From: Candidatus Falkowbacteria bacterium
Lineage (GTDB): Bacteria > Patescibacteriota > Patescibacteriia > Patescibacteriales > UBA12465
Assembly (NCBI GenBank): GCA_037137655.1
Contig: JBAXJX010000003.1
Location: 1 to 43,698 of the forward strand
Direction: 5' to 3'
Length of the DNA stretch: 43,698 bases
Numbering within the stretch: the first letter of the stretch is position 1; every line of letters starts with the position of its first letter. Shown here piece by piece: positions 17,026-24,282 of this stretch. The notes beneath the pieces are model-generated. The model was not told the origin of the DNA. It saw nothing but the letters and a program-made list of their open reading frames with translations, and searched no databases. The position numbers were made by a program, and so were the translations under genes.

Positions 17026-17334
17026 ATGATTATCAATTCCAACTTATTTTATATTTTAATCCCGCTCATTTTGATAAATTTGATTGCTTTCTTTGTGATG
17101 CTGTCCGACAAAATTCGCTCTAATAAATTCGGCGCCGAGCGGACGCCGGAAGGAGTGCTCTTTTTTATGGCCGCGCTTTTTGGCGCAGTTGGAGTTTATG
17201 CTGGCATGTTTGTCTGGCGCCACAAAACACAGAAGTGGTATTTCTTAATTGGTATTCCAGCCTTAATAATCCAAAATCTAGCCACAGCTTATTTAATTTA
17301 TTTATTCGCTAGTGGTGTTTTGGTAATTTCTTAA
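17026..17334 (+). CDS. DUF1294 membrane protein
   Basis: DKIRSNKFGAERTPEGVLFFMAALFGAVGVYAGMFVWRHKTQKWYF matches the DUF1294 core (from memory). Confidence 0.8.
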   Translation: MIINSNLFYILIPLILINLIAFFVMLSDKIRSNKFGAERTPEGVLFFMAALFGAVGVYAGMFVWRHKTQKWYFLIGIPALIIQNLATAYLIYLFASGVLVIS

Positions 17335-17350
17335 AAATAATCCTATATAA

Positions 17351-17380
17351 AAAAGCACTCTCATCGCGAGAGTGTTTTTT
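17351..17380. terminator. bidirectional Rho-independent terminator
   Basis: Stem cactctc / gagagtg with loop atcgc, flanked by an A-run and a T-run. Lies between convergent genes. Confidence 0.8.
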
Positions 17381-17390
17381 TATGATGTAA

Positions 17391-18155
17391 TTAATTCAAT
17401 TTGGCTAATAACTTTTTATAATCACTCGTGGTTAAATGCCAACCTCCCGGACGTAATGGGTGGTCCATATCATAAGCTACTAAATAAATTAGATACGATA
17501 AAAAGGCAATGCTCATACTAAAAATATAATGCAACTCAAAATCTTTAACAGCAATTAGGGGACAAAGAGCAATCATTAAGAATGTGGCGAAACGCAAGGT
17601 GTAAAGTAAGATGTTTGGCATGTGACCGGAGCCAAAGCGAATTCTTTTTTCGCGGTAGTTCATAATATTGCTAAGCAAGGGGAAGGCAATTGATGATAAT
17701 ATTGGTTGGCTTTGATTTAAGTCTGCCATAACGCCATGCATTCTTTTGATGATTGTATCGAGCTCATCACTGATTTCACCTTCTTCGGTTTTTTTCCAGC
17801 CCTCTTTTATAATTACCTTTAAATATTCTTTGATTAATGATTTTAATTCATTTTGAATTTCTGGTTCTAATCTCTCGGACCATAACCATAATTCATGCAG
17901 GGCACTGTTTTCACCTTTAATAGCATCGATTAAATCGGACCAGTTTTGCCATTCCTTTTGAATGATAAAGGCGGCGACCATACCAAAAATTAAACCAATA
18001 GTGGAATAAAGCCAAGGGATACTATCGATATTAGTAATTAACATGCGATAGTTATAGTAGCTACTGTTGCGGTAAAGATAGAAAATCGTGGTGTAAAATA
18101 TTAAAAAGGCGGGAATTTTAAAGCGGATCTTTTTGGTGAAATTAAATATTTTCAT
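17391..18155 (-). CDS. multi-pass membrane protein (possibly DUF4239-like)
   Basis: 254-aa ORF with N- and C-terminal hydrophobic helices flanking a soluble helical segment. Family guess is weak. Confidence 0.55.
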   Translation of the reverse strand: MKIFNFTKKIRFKIPAFLIFYTTIFYLYRNSSYYNYRMLITNIDSIPWLYSTIGLIFGMVAAFIIQKEWQNWSDLIDAIKGENSALHELWLWSERLEPEIQNELKSLIKEYLKVIIKEGWKKTEEGEISDELDTIIKRMHGVMADLNQSQPILSSIAFPLLSNIMNYREKRIRFGSGHMPNILLYTLRFATFLMIALCPLIAVKDFELHYIFSMSIAFLSYLIYLVAYDMDHPLRPGGWHLTTSDYKKLLAKLN

Positions 18156-18238
18156 AGTATTTTTTTTATTTTATTAATTCATTAGTATATTACCAGTTTT
18201 TCAATAATTTATAAAATCGGCCTTCCTTTTTATTATGT

Positions 18239-18255
18239 TTGACAAAATTTGTCAA
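18239..18255. promoter_or_regulatory. perfect 17-bp palindrome overlapping the -35 of a divergent promoter region
   Basis: TTGACAAA-A-TTTGTCAA. On the plus strand, TTGACA, 17-nt spacer, TAAGAT (18262-18267). Confidence 0.5.
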
Positions 18256-18312
18256 ATTATTTAAGATGAAACATTAAATATTTTAGTTCATTTAAAAACG
18301 AAAGGAGATTTT

Positions 18313-18891
18313 ATGAGTAAGAAGTTATTAGTTAATTCTAAGAATTGGAGTTTTGCTGAACAAATTAGTCGTTTACACAACTTTTTTCCAGGCATACATT
18401 CCTATAATCAAGAATTGGTTAGGCCGGGAGTTTTAGCCTTTCCTAATTGGAAAAAAGTTGCTCCAAGTTATGGTGAAGCCATGGAAGTGATTCATGACAA
18501 ACTACTCTCTGGTTATAAAAAAGGATTTACTAGTTATGTGTCCCAGTACCAAAAAATTGAATGTTCGCCCAATATTCATCAAGCCTTTGTTGATGTTCGA
18601 CACGAACAAGAAAATTTTGACATCATCATTGTGCCACCGGAACTTTTACTGCGTGACACTATTTCGCGTTTAGGCGCTTTTGAAGTTGGAACTATGTTTC
18701 TTCCGGCGCCATTAATTGCTTGTAGTAGTGGCATAATTATTGATTGCTTGGCTGACAGCATTAGAAGAAATGGCGAATTCATTAGTCCGTTTTACAAGAT
18801 TGATGTGGGTAAATTAATTTTTGACGCCCCAACTGTCGGTGGAACTATCGAACGTTGTGAATTTGAACCAGCAGAGGAAAAAATCTCTTAA
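18313..18891 (+). CDS. hypothetical protein
   Basis: 192-aa ORF with a strong RBS (aaaggag, 7 nt upstream of the ATG) and its own terminator. No recognised family. Confidence 0.6.
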   Translation: MSKKLLVNSKNWSFAEQISRLHNFFPGIHSYNQELVRPGVLAFPNWKKVAPSYGEAMEVIHDKLLSGYKKGFTSYVSQYQKIECSPNIHQAFVDVRHEQENFDIIIVPPELLLRDTISRLGAFEVGTMFLPAPLIACSSGIIIDCLADSIRRNGEFISPFYKIDVGKLIFDAPTVGGTIERCEFEPAEEKIS

Positions 18892-18900
18892 CTTGTTTTC

Positions 18901-18935
18901 AGAGCTTATTGCACTACCGCATTAAGCTCTTTTTA
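18901..18935. terminator. Rho-independent terminator
   Basis: Stem agagctta / taagctct with a 13-14-nt loop, plus T-run. Confidence 0.65.
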
Positions 18936-18974
18936 TTTATCCGATTTGACAAGTTTAAAAATATTAGTTAGGCT

Positions 18975-19224
18975 AGCCTTATAAGTATAGCGTGTGACCA
19001 GGTTGTATTTATAAGTTGTGTTTATTGGACCAATATTGTTACCTCCTTTCTTGCTTGGACCTATGTTTCACATCTTAATTTCATAACAAAATCGTTATCA
19101 TTTTATAATTCTGGTCTTTCCGTTCATTTATAACCCTGGCTCTAAATTTTTGAAAGAGTCAGTTTTCACTCTGCCACCAATCTTTATATTGTTTGCAAAA
19201 ACTCTATAAACTTGGTGGTTTTTT
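18975..19224 (+). ncRNA. candidate small RNA (about 250 nt) with its own promoter and terminator
   Basis: Promoter is TTGACA (18946-18951), 17-nt spacer, TAGGCT. Internal hairpin at 19136-19162. The unit ends in a long hairpin ccaccaa...ttggtgg (19174-19218) plus T-run. Contains ACCTCCTTTC (19041-19050). No ORF of 60 aa or more on either strand. Confidence 0.35.
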
Positions 19225-19366
19225 ATTTATTTGGCCTAGCTCTTGCTTAATTTTAAGTTTCGTGTTATTGTCACTTATATAATTTTTATACAATTATTGT
19301 AATTAAATATTCCTCGTGTTTTAGTCATTTTTAGGTGACCGGTAGACATTGGGTCACTTACGTTTT

Positions 19367-20878
19367 ATGTTAAATCAAAAAGAACAAAATCATCAAGATT
19401 TTGCTAACCTTGGTATAAAACCGCAAATTTTAGCGATTTTAGCCAAAATGGGATTGGTTACCCCAACTCCGATTCAAGCCAAAGCTATCCCAGTTGCCGT
19501 TAAAGGCAAGGACTTGATCGGTATCGCCCAAACTGGAACTGGTAAAACTTTAGCTTTTGGTGTGCCTCTAATTCAGCGTTTAGCTGAAGTTGGTGGTAAA
19601 GCCTTGGTTTTGTTGCCAACTAGAGAATTGGCAGCTCAAGTCGAAGAAAGTTTAAAGAGAATTGGTAACGGTTTAGGTTTTCAAACTGTTTCTATTATTG
19701 GTGGTGAAGCTGTGGGCAAACAATTGTTCGCCTTACGCCGTAATCCACGCATTATCGTGGCGACACCTGGTCGTTTACTTGATCACGTTAAAAGACGCAC
19801 AATAAAATTAAATGATGTTTCCGTCTTAGTTTTAGATGAAGCTGATATGATGTTTGATATGGGTTTTGCGCCGACTATCGAAGAAATTATTAAAATGACT
19901 CCGACTAATCGCCAAACTCTATTATTTTCTGCAACGATGCCAGCTGCGATTATTCGCTTGGCTGAAAAATATTTGTCATCACCACTTCAAATCGAAGTGG
20001 CTCCAGCCGGAACAACAGCTGAATTAATTGAACAAGAAATCTATTTAGTGCGCAGCGAAGATCGTTTTAGCACATTGGAGAAAATTTTATCTGAACATAA
20101 GAATTTAGTTTTAATTTTTGTGCGCACGAAACACGGCGCTTCAAATTTAGCGGCTAAATTGCAAAAAGCTGGTTTTACCGCCACAGAAATTCATTCCAAT
20201 TTATCTTTTAACCAACGCAAAGCTTCGTTAGCTGCTTTTAAGAGCGGTAAACAAAGAATCTTAGTGGCGACTGATGTGGCTGCTCGTGGTTTAGATATTA
20301 ATGATATTGAATTAGTAGTTAATTTTGACCTACCTGATAATTCTGAAGATTACGTTCATCGTATTGGTCGTACGGCGCGTGCCGGTAAAGGTGGAAAAGC
20401 AATTTCTTTTGCTTTACCAAACCAACGTCGCGATATCCAAAAAATTGAACGTTTAATTAAGAAGAATTTACCACTTAAAAAAATTGGTGAAGTGCAAGTT
20501 GATGATCGTCATAATGCGATGGAAGAGGTACGTGGTTATCGTGGCTCTCAAGGTCATAATATGCCTCGTCAAGCTCGTGGTGCACGCCCAGCTTATGGTG
20601 CTAAACCACAATATCGTCCGAAGTCAGCGCCAGATTTTTCTGTGCTTGATCCTCGTGATCGTCGTGACGCCACTGCTTTTATGAAGAGACGTGATGAACG
20701 TCAAGAACGTATTAAAAAAGCAGAAACTGCACGCGAATTTTCGACTGAAATTCCAGCTGAAGGTGTTGCTAAAAAAACATTTAAAAAGAAATCATCATCA
20801 TTCCGTGAAAAGAGTGGCGCCGGTTTTACTAAATATAAGAGCCGTAGTCAGCAATCCGGTAATCGTTTTGCCCGCTAA
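19367..20878 (+). CDS. DEAD-box ATP-dependent RNA helicase with a basic C-terminal tail
   Basis: Q-motif region, AQTGTGKT, VLDEADMM, SAT and HRIGRTARAG. ATG 19367 preferred over TTG 19349. Confidence 0.9.
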   Translation: MLNQKEQNHQDFANLGIKPQILAILAKMGLVTPTPIQAKAIPVAVKGKDLIGIAQTGTGKTLAFGVPLIQRLAEVGGKALVLLPTRELAAQVEESLKRIGNGLGFQTVSIIGGEAVGKQLFALRRNPRIIVATPGRLLDHVKRRTIKLNDVSVLVLDEADMMFDMGFAPTIEEIIKMTPTNRQTLLFSATMPAAIIRLAEKYLSSPLQIEVAPAGTTAELIEQEIYLVRSEDRFSTLEKILSEHKNLVLIFVRTKHGASNLAAKLQKAGFTATEIHSNLSFNQRKASLAAFKSGKQRILVATDVAARGLDINDIELVVNFDLPDNSEDYVHRIGRTARAGKGGKAISFALPNQRRDIQKIERLIKKNLPLKKIGEVQVDDRHNAMEEVRGYRGSQGHNMPRQARGARPAYGAKPQYRPKSAPDFSVLDPRDRRDATAFMKRRDERQERIKKAETAREFSTEIPAEGVAKKTFKKKSSSFREKSGAGFTKYKSRSQQSGNRFAR

Positions 20879-20890
20879 AATTTCTCAATT

Positions 20891-20924
20891 AAAAAAACCA
20901 CCGATTAATTTCGGTGGTTTTTTT
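20891..20924 (+). terminator. Rho-independent terminator (copy 1 of an identical 32-nt unit)
   Basis: aaaaaaccaccgattaatttcggtggtttttt. Stem is ccaccga / tcggtgg. Confidence 0.85.
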
Positions 20925-20977
20925 ATTATTTTTATGGTATTATATTTTTATATTAATTCGCTAATTTTAAAAAAACT

Positions 20978-21385
20978 ATGAAAAAAATTGCCTTGCTTTC
21001 TTTGCTGCTTTTAACTTCATTGTCTTTGTCGGCCTGTGGTAATCAGACGATAGTGAATCAGGTTAATACGCCAATATCAAGCTCGAATGTAGCAACTCCA
21101 ATCGCTGCACCAGAATCTCCAAGTGCTGTCTCGACTACTCCAGTTAGTGCGACTGTGAACATTTCTAATTTTTCTTTTTCTCCTGCTTCTTTGGTAATTA
21201 AAAAGGGAACAACGGTCACTTGGACTAATAATGATAGCGCTCCGCACCAAATTAAATCAGACTCATTTAGCTCTAGCGTTTTAAATAATGGTGGAACTTT
21301 CTCTTTCACTTTTAATGATGCTGGTACATTTTCTTATATTTGTTCTATTCACACTTCAATGAAGGGTGAAATTATTGTCCAATAA
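20978..21385 (+). CDS. cupredoxin-fold (type-1 copper-like) lipoprotein
   Basis: Signal peptide with lipobox LSLSAC. VTWTNNDSAPHQI and YICSIHTSMKGEIIV supply a His/Cys/His/Met ligand set. Confidence 0.8.
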   Translation: MKKIALLSLLLLTSLSLSACGNQTIVNQVNTPISSSNVATPIAAPESPSAVSTTPVSATVNISNFSFSPASLVIKKGTTVTWTNNDSAPHQIKSDSFSSSVLNNGGTFSFTFNDAGTFSYICSIHTSMKGEIIVQ

Positions 21386-21389
21386 AAAT

Positions 21390-21614
21390 ATGATTCACAC
21401 TTTTGCTTATTCTTTGTTTTTGGGAAAGCCACTAATTATGTACGGTGGTTTATTAACATTGTTGCTGATATTATCAACCGCTACCATTGGCGCTTTAAAT
21501 CTTAAAGGCATAACGATTATTCCGCTGAAGTGGCATTTTCGTTTAGCTTTAATTACGATTTTAGTGGCACTGGGCCATGGAATTTTAGGTCTGTCTTTAT
21601 ATTTTAATTTTTAA
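21390..21614 (+). CDS. small two-helix membrane protein
   Basis: ATG 21390 lies 4 nt after the cupredoxin stop. An alternative GTG at 21366 overlaps the upstream gene. Hydrophobic, with conserved-looking His residues (WHFRL, GHGILG). Confidence 0.45.
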   Translation: MIHTFAYSLFLGKPLIMYGGLLTLLLILSTATIGALNLKGITIIPLKWHFRLALITILVALGHGILGLSLYFNF

Positions 21615-21631
21615 TTTTTAATTTTAAAATT

Positions 21632-21871
21632 ATGTTCAAAGTTGAAAACACACCAGACAATTTAAAAAAATGTGCTTGTCCGCAATGTCCGAGTTATAAT
21701 GAATGCGCCAAAGGGAAGATGGAATTATTGTATTGTTCTGGGGCAATCGGAAAAAGCACTTGTGAATATAAAATGAATGGCTGTACTTGTGGCATGTGTG
21801 CCGTGCATAAAGATTGTGGTTTACGGGCCGGTTATTATTGTTTGCACGGTTCAGCGGAAGAAATAAATTAA
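21632..21871 (+). CDS. cysteine-rich small protein (DUF2769-like)
   Basis: 79 aa containing 12 Cys: CACPQCPSYNEC, LYCSG, STCEYKMNGCTCGMCAV, YYC. Family assigned from memory. Confidence 0.55.
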   Translation: MFKVENTPDNLKKCACPQCPSYNECAKGKMELLYCSGAIGKSTCEYKMNGCTCGMCAVHKDCGLRAGYYCLHGSAEEIN

Positions 21872-21876
21872 TTTTT

Positions 21877-22776
21877 ATGTTAAAGACTGACGCGGAATTA
21901 AAAAAAATTTTGGGAATTGATGATCAGACTTTAAAACGTTTTAAAGCAATTCGGCAAGCAACAATCGCTGAGGCGAAGCGCTTAAATAAAAAACCAAAAA
22001 AATTGAAAGCGCTTGGTATTTCTGGTTCGGCCCGCGATGAGTTTGATATGGCGGCTGAAAAAAGTAATTCCGAATTTTTATTAGAGCAATCTCTGGCCGA
22101 ATTAAAAGCGCAAGGCGTTGATACGGAATTGATTCCACTGCGCCAATATAATATTCAACATTGCAAAGCTTGTTATTCGACGACCAATGCCCAATGTCAT
22201 TATCCGTGTTCTTGCTATCCAAAAAACACAGTATTGGAAGATGATATGAGCAAACTTTTGTATGACAAAATTTTGGCGGCTGATATTATTATTTTCGCGA
22301 CTCCGGTTAACAATTTTAAAATGTCATCACTTATGTCTTTGTTTTTGGATCGTTGCATAAGTCTTGATGGTAGTTTGGCTCCGGCCGATCCAGAAGCGAC
22401 TAAGAATAAAGAATTAAATATTAAACATACAGAATTTATAAAATTAATGGCCGATGATTCTATTCCGGGTAGCGGTTTTTTGCGTCGGTTTTCGGGTAAA
22501 GTGGCTGGGGTAATTGTGACTGGGCATGAAGAGGGCGCCGCTTTGGTGATTTCTTCTTTGTTCATGACACTTAATCATTTTGGCATGATTTTTTCTCCGT
22601 GGAGCAATATGTATGCCATGGCTTCCATTTCCAACCCAACTTATAAAGATAAAGTAATTGTTAATGACCAAACTCAAGTGACTGAAGTTAAGCTTTTGGC
22701 GCAAAATACTTTATCACTGGCGCGAGCGTTACGACAAAATCCCATTCAATGGAAATACGATAATTCGGCTAATTAA
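21877..22776 (+). CDS. flavodoxin-fold NADPH-dependent FMN reductase / iron-sulfur flavoprotein-like
   Basis: ATG 21877 preferred over the upstream start at 21814. LGISGSARDE, Cys cluster HCKACYSTTNAQCHYPCSC, and IIIFATPVNNFKMSSLMSLFLDRC. Confidence 0.7.
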   Translation: MLKTDAELKKILGIDDQTLKRFKAIRQATIAEAKRLNKKPKKLKALGISGSARDEFDMAAEKSNSEFLLEQSLAELKAQGVDTELIPLRQYNIQHCKACYSTTNAQCHYPCSCYPKNTVLEDDMSKLLYDKILAADIIIFATPVNNFKMSSLMSLFLDRCISLDGSLAPADPEATKNKELNIKHTEFIKLMADDSIPGSGFLRRFSGKVAGVIVTGHEEGAALVISSLFMTLNHFGMIFSPWSNMYAMASISNPTYKDKVIVNDQTQVTEVKLLAQNTLSLARALRQNPIQWKYDNSAN

Positions 22777-22792
22777 TTATTTTTGATAACAC

Positions 22793-22825
22793 TAAAAAAC
22801 CACCGATTAATTTCGGTGGTTTTTT
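22793..22825 (+). terminator. Rho-independent terminator (copy 2 of the identical 32-nt unit)
   Basis: The same 32 nt as 20892-20923. Confidence 0.85.
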
Positions 22826-22855
22826 GCGATATGTCGCGTTCGAAGCTATAAGCGA

Positions 22856-22883
22856 TTGACAAATAGCGCTTATTTGCTAATGT
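22856..22883 (+). promoter_or_regulatory. candidate sigma-70 promoter of the 23S-like unit
   Basis: TTGACA (22856-22861), 16-nt spacer, TAATGT (22878-22883). Confidence 0.4.
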
Positions 22884-22889
22884 CTAGAT

Positions 22890-23436
22890 GAAGGCAAACA
22901 ATTAATAAAATGTTTATACTATATTTAATCGAAAAATAAAGACCTTCAGAGTTCTTTGACAAGTTTGGGTTAAGTTACCTGCAAACGGAATAATCAAAAG
23001 CAAAAAAGCGATAAGACTTCTGCAATTGTAAGGCCTATTATATCGGTCGCGTTCCTCGAAAGAGACGTCTTTCGAATGAAAAATGTTTGTAGCGCTTAAC
23101 AGGGGATTAGCAAGAAACAACATTAATTGGTTTCTAAACAGCTAAGCCCTTATCTAATAATTTACAAAATGAGCCATAAGTAGCGGCGAGCGAACAGGAA
23201 AGACGACCGCTTTATCCGTAACCGTGCGGGGTCGCAAAAGTTTTGTAAGTTTTGATTAAAAAACAGTAATAGATTTGACCAATCTATTAACACTTCGCTA
23301 AAGAAGTGACCATGTTAAAGGTTATTAATAAAACAGCTGAACTGAAACATCTAAGTAGGCACGATTGGAATTCACCAGTCAAAACGTTTTGTTAATTTTT
23401 ATTTGGCCATCTGATCTAACGTCAGGTGGCTTTTTT
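22890..23436 (+). ncRNA. orphan 23S rRNA 5'-domain-like segment (degenerate and rearranged): pseudo-rRNA fragment or novel ncRNA
   Basis: Exact matches to universally conserved 23S strings: AGTAGCGGCGAGCGAAC (23179-23195) and GAACTGAAACATCTAAGTA (23339-23357). Weaker collinear matches: GGTTAAGTTA (22968-22977, the 23S 5' end), GCGATAAG (23008-23015) and TTTCGAATG (23070-23078). Ends at terminator 23406-23436. No credible ORF. Confidence 0.45.
23406..23436 (+). terminator. Rho-independent terminator
   Basis: Stem gccatctga / tcaggtggc (one G-U pair) plus tttttt. Confidence 0.75.
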
Positions 23437-23454
23437 AATACAAAAATTAACACA

Positions 23455-23788
23455 GCCTCTTATGAAATACTGCACCTGAAGCGGGCGAAGCTTTCTTGGA
23501 AAGGTTGAGCGCTAGCGAAATCTTTTCAAAAAGATTTGCACGCTTCACCCCACACGGTTAACGGCATTCTACCGAAGATTATTAAAATAACTATTTTCTT
23601 AGTCTTCGGTCACGTCACTTTTTATAATCTAATTCTAATAATTTCGCTTCGTCTTGAGACTCCGCTTTCTTCTGTGATTTTATTGTCTTGGGCGAATCGA
23701 TCGAGCCCTTTTTCCGCGAAATTCGACTAGCGTCTCATTCCCCGGAAAAAGTCTCGACTCGCTTCAGGCACGGTATTTCATAAGAAGC
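23455..23788 (+). repeat. 334-bp non-coding element bounded by terminal inverted repeats (MITE-like or structured RNA), copy A
   Basis: Left end is gcctcttatgaaatactgcacctgaagcg (23455-23483). It is the inverted complement of the right end cgcttcaggcacggtatttcataagaagc (23760-23788). Internal hairpins include 23571-23610 (accgaaga / tcttcggt). The first 115 nt recur at 43584-43698. Confidence 0.7.
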
Positions 23789-23822
23789 TTGCGTTGGGCT
23801 CGGTGAGGACTCACTAATAAAA

Positions 23823-24278
23823 TTATTTTTTTAAATTATTCGGGCCGAAGGCTAGTGGTAATAATTCGCTGATAGTGGCGATGATAATTTTATCCATCTT
23901 AGTGTTGGACATAATCACTTCTACATCCACCGCGCTAAATTGCGCCGCCTCAATAATCATTTGGCGACAAGCACCGCAAGGAGTGACTGGCATGTCCACG
24001 GCTTTTTTGCCGGCTTGGCCGATAATAGCCATGCGCACTGCTTTTTGATTGCCTTCCGATGTCATACGGACTAAAGCCGAGCGTTCCGCGCAAATACTGG
24101 AACCGTAAGCGGCATTTTCGACATTGCTGCCGGTAATTATTTTTCCCTTAGAAGTTAAAATGGCAGCGCCAACATAAAAATGAGAATAAGGATTATAATC
24201 ATTTTTCATGGCCTCAGCCGCAGCTTTTAAAAGTTTTTGGCGATCTAGGGTTAATCTTTTATAGCTAGTTCTTTGCAT
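23823..24278 (-). CDS. cdd: cytidine deaminase
   Basis: Zinc motifs CAERSAL and PCGACRQ. 151 aa. Confidence 0.9.
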   Translation of the reverse strand: MQRTSYKRLTLDRQKLLKAAAEAMKNDYNPYSHFYVGAAILTSKGKIITGSNVENAAYGSSICAERSALVRMTSEGNQKAVRMAIIGQAGKKAVDMPVTPCGACRQMIIEAAQFSAVDVEVIMSNTKMDKIIIATISELLPLAFGPNNLKK

Positions 24279-24282
24279 ATTT

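Noticed and set aside
19041-19050. ACCTCCTTTC as a possible 16S rRNA 3'-end fragment (by analogy with the 23S-like fragments)
   Set aside because: Only the anti-SD core, about 10-12 nt, matches. The flanking sequence does not align collinearly with 16S helix 45, so chance or functional convergence is more likely.
20484-20981. Plus-strand ORFs 20484-20684 and 20691-20981
   Set aside because: They are alternative-frame shadows of the helicase C-terminal tail and run through its terminator.
21058-22704. Minus-strand ORFs 21058-21309, 21941-22222, 22215-22565 and 22444-22704
   Set aside because: They are antisense to the cupredoxin and flavoprotein genes, both of which have clear motifs.
22914-23123. 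69-aa minus-strand ORF in the 23S-like region
   Set aside because: It has no RBS and lies antisense to the rRNA-like strings. The region behaves as non-coding.
23536-23730. 64-aa ORF inside the inverted-repeat-bounded element
   Set aside because: It has a TTG start and no RBS, and it spans several predicted hairpins. It has no resemblance to a transposase and is too small to be one.
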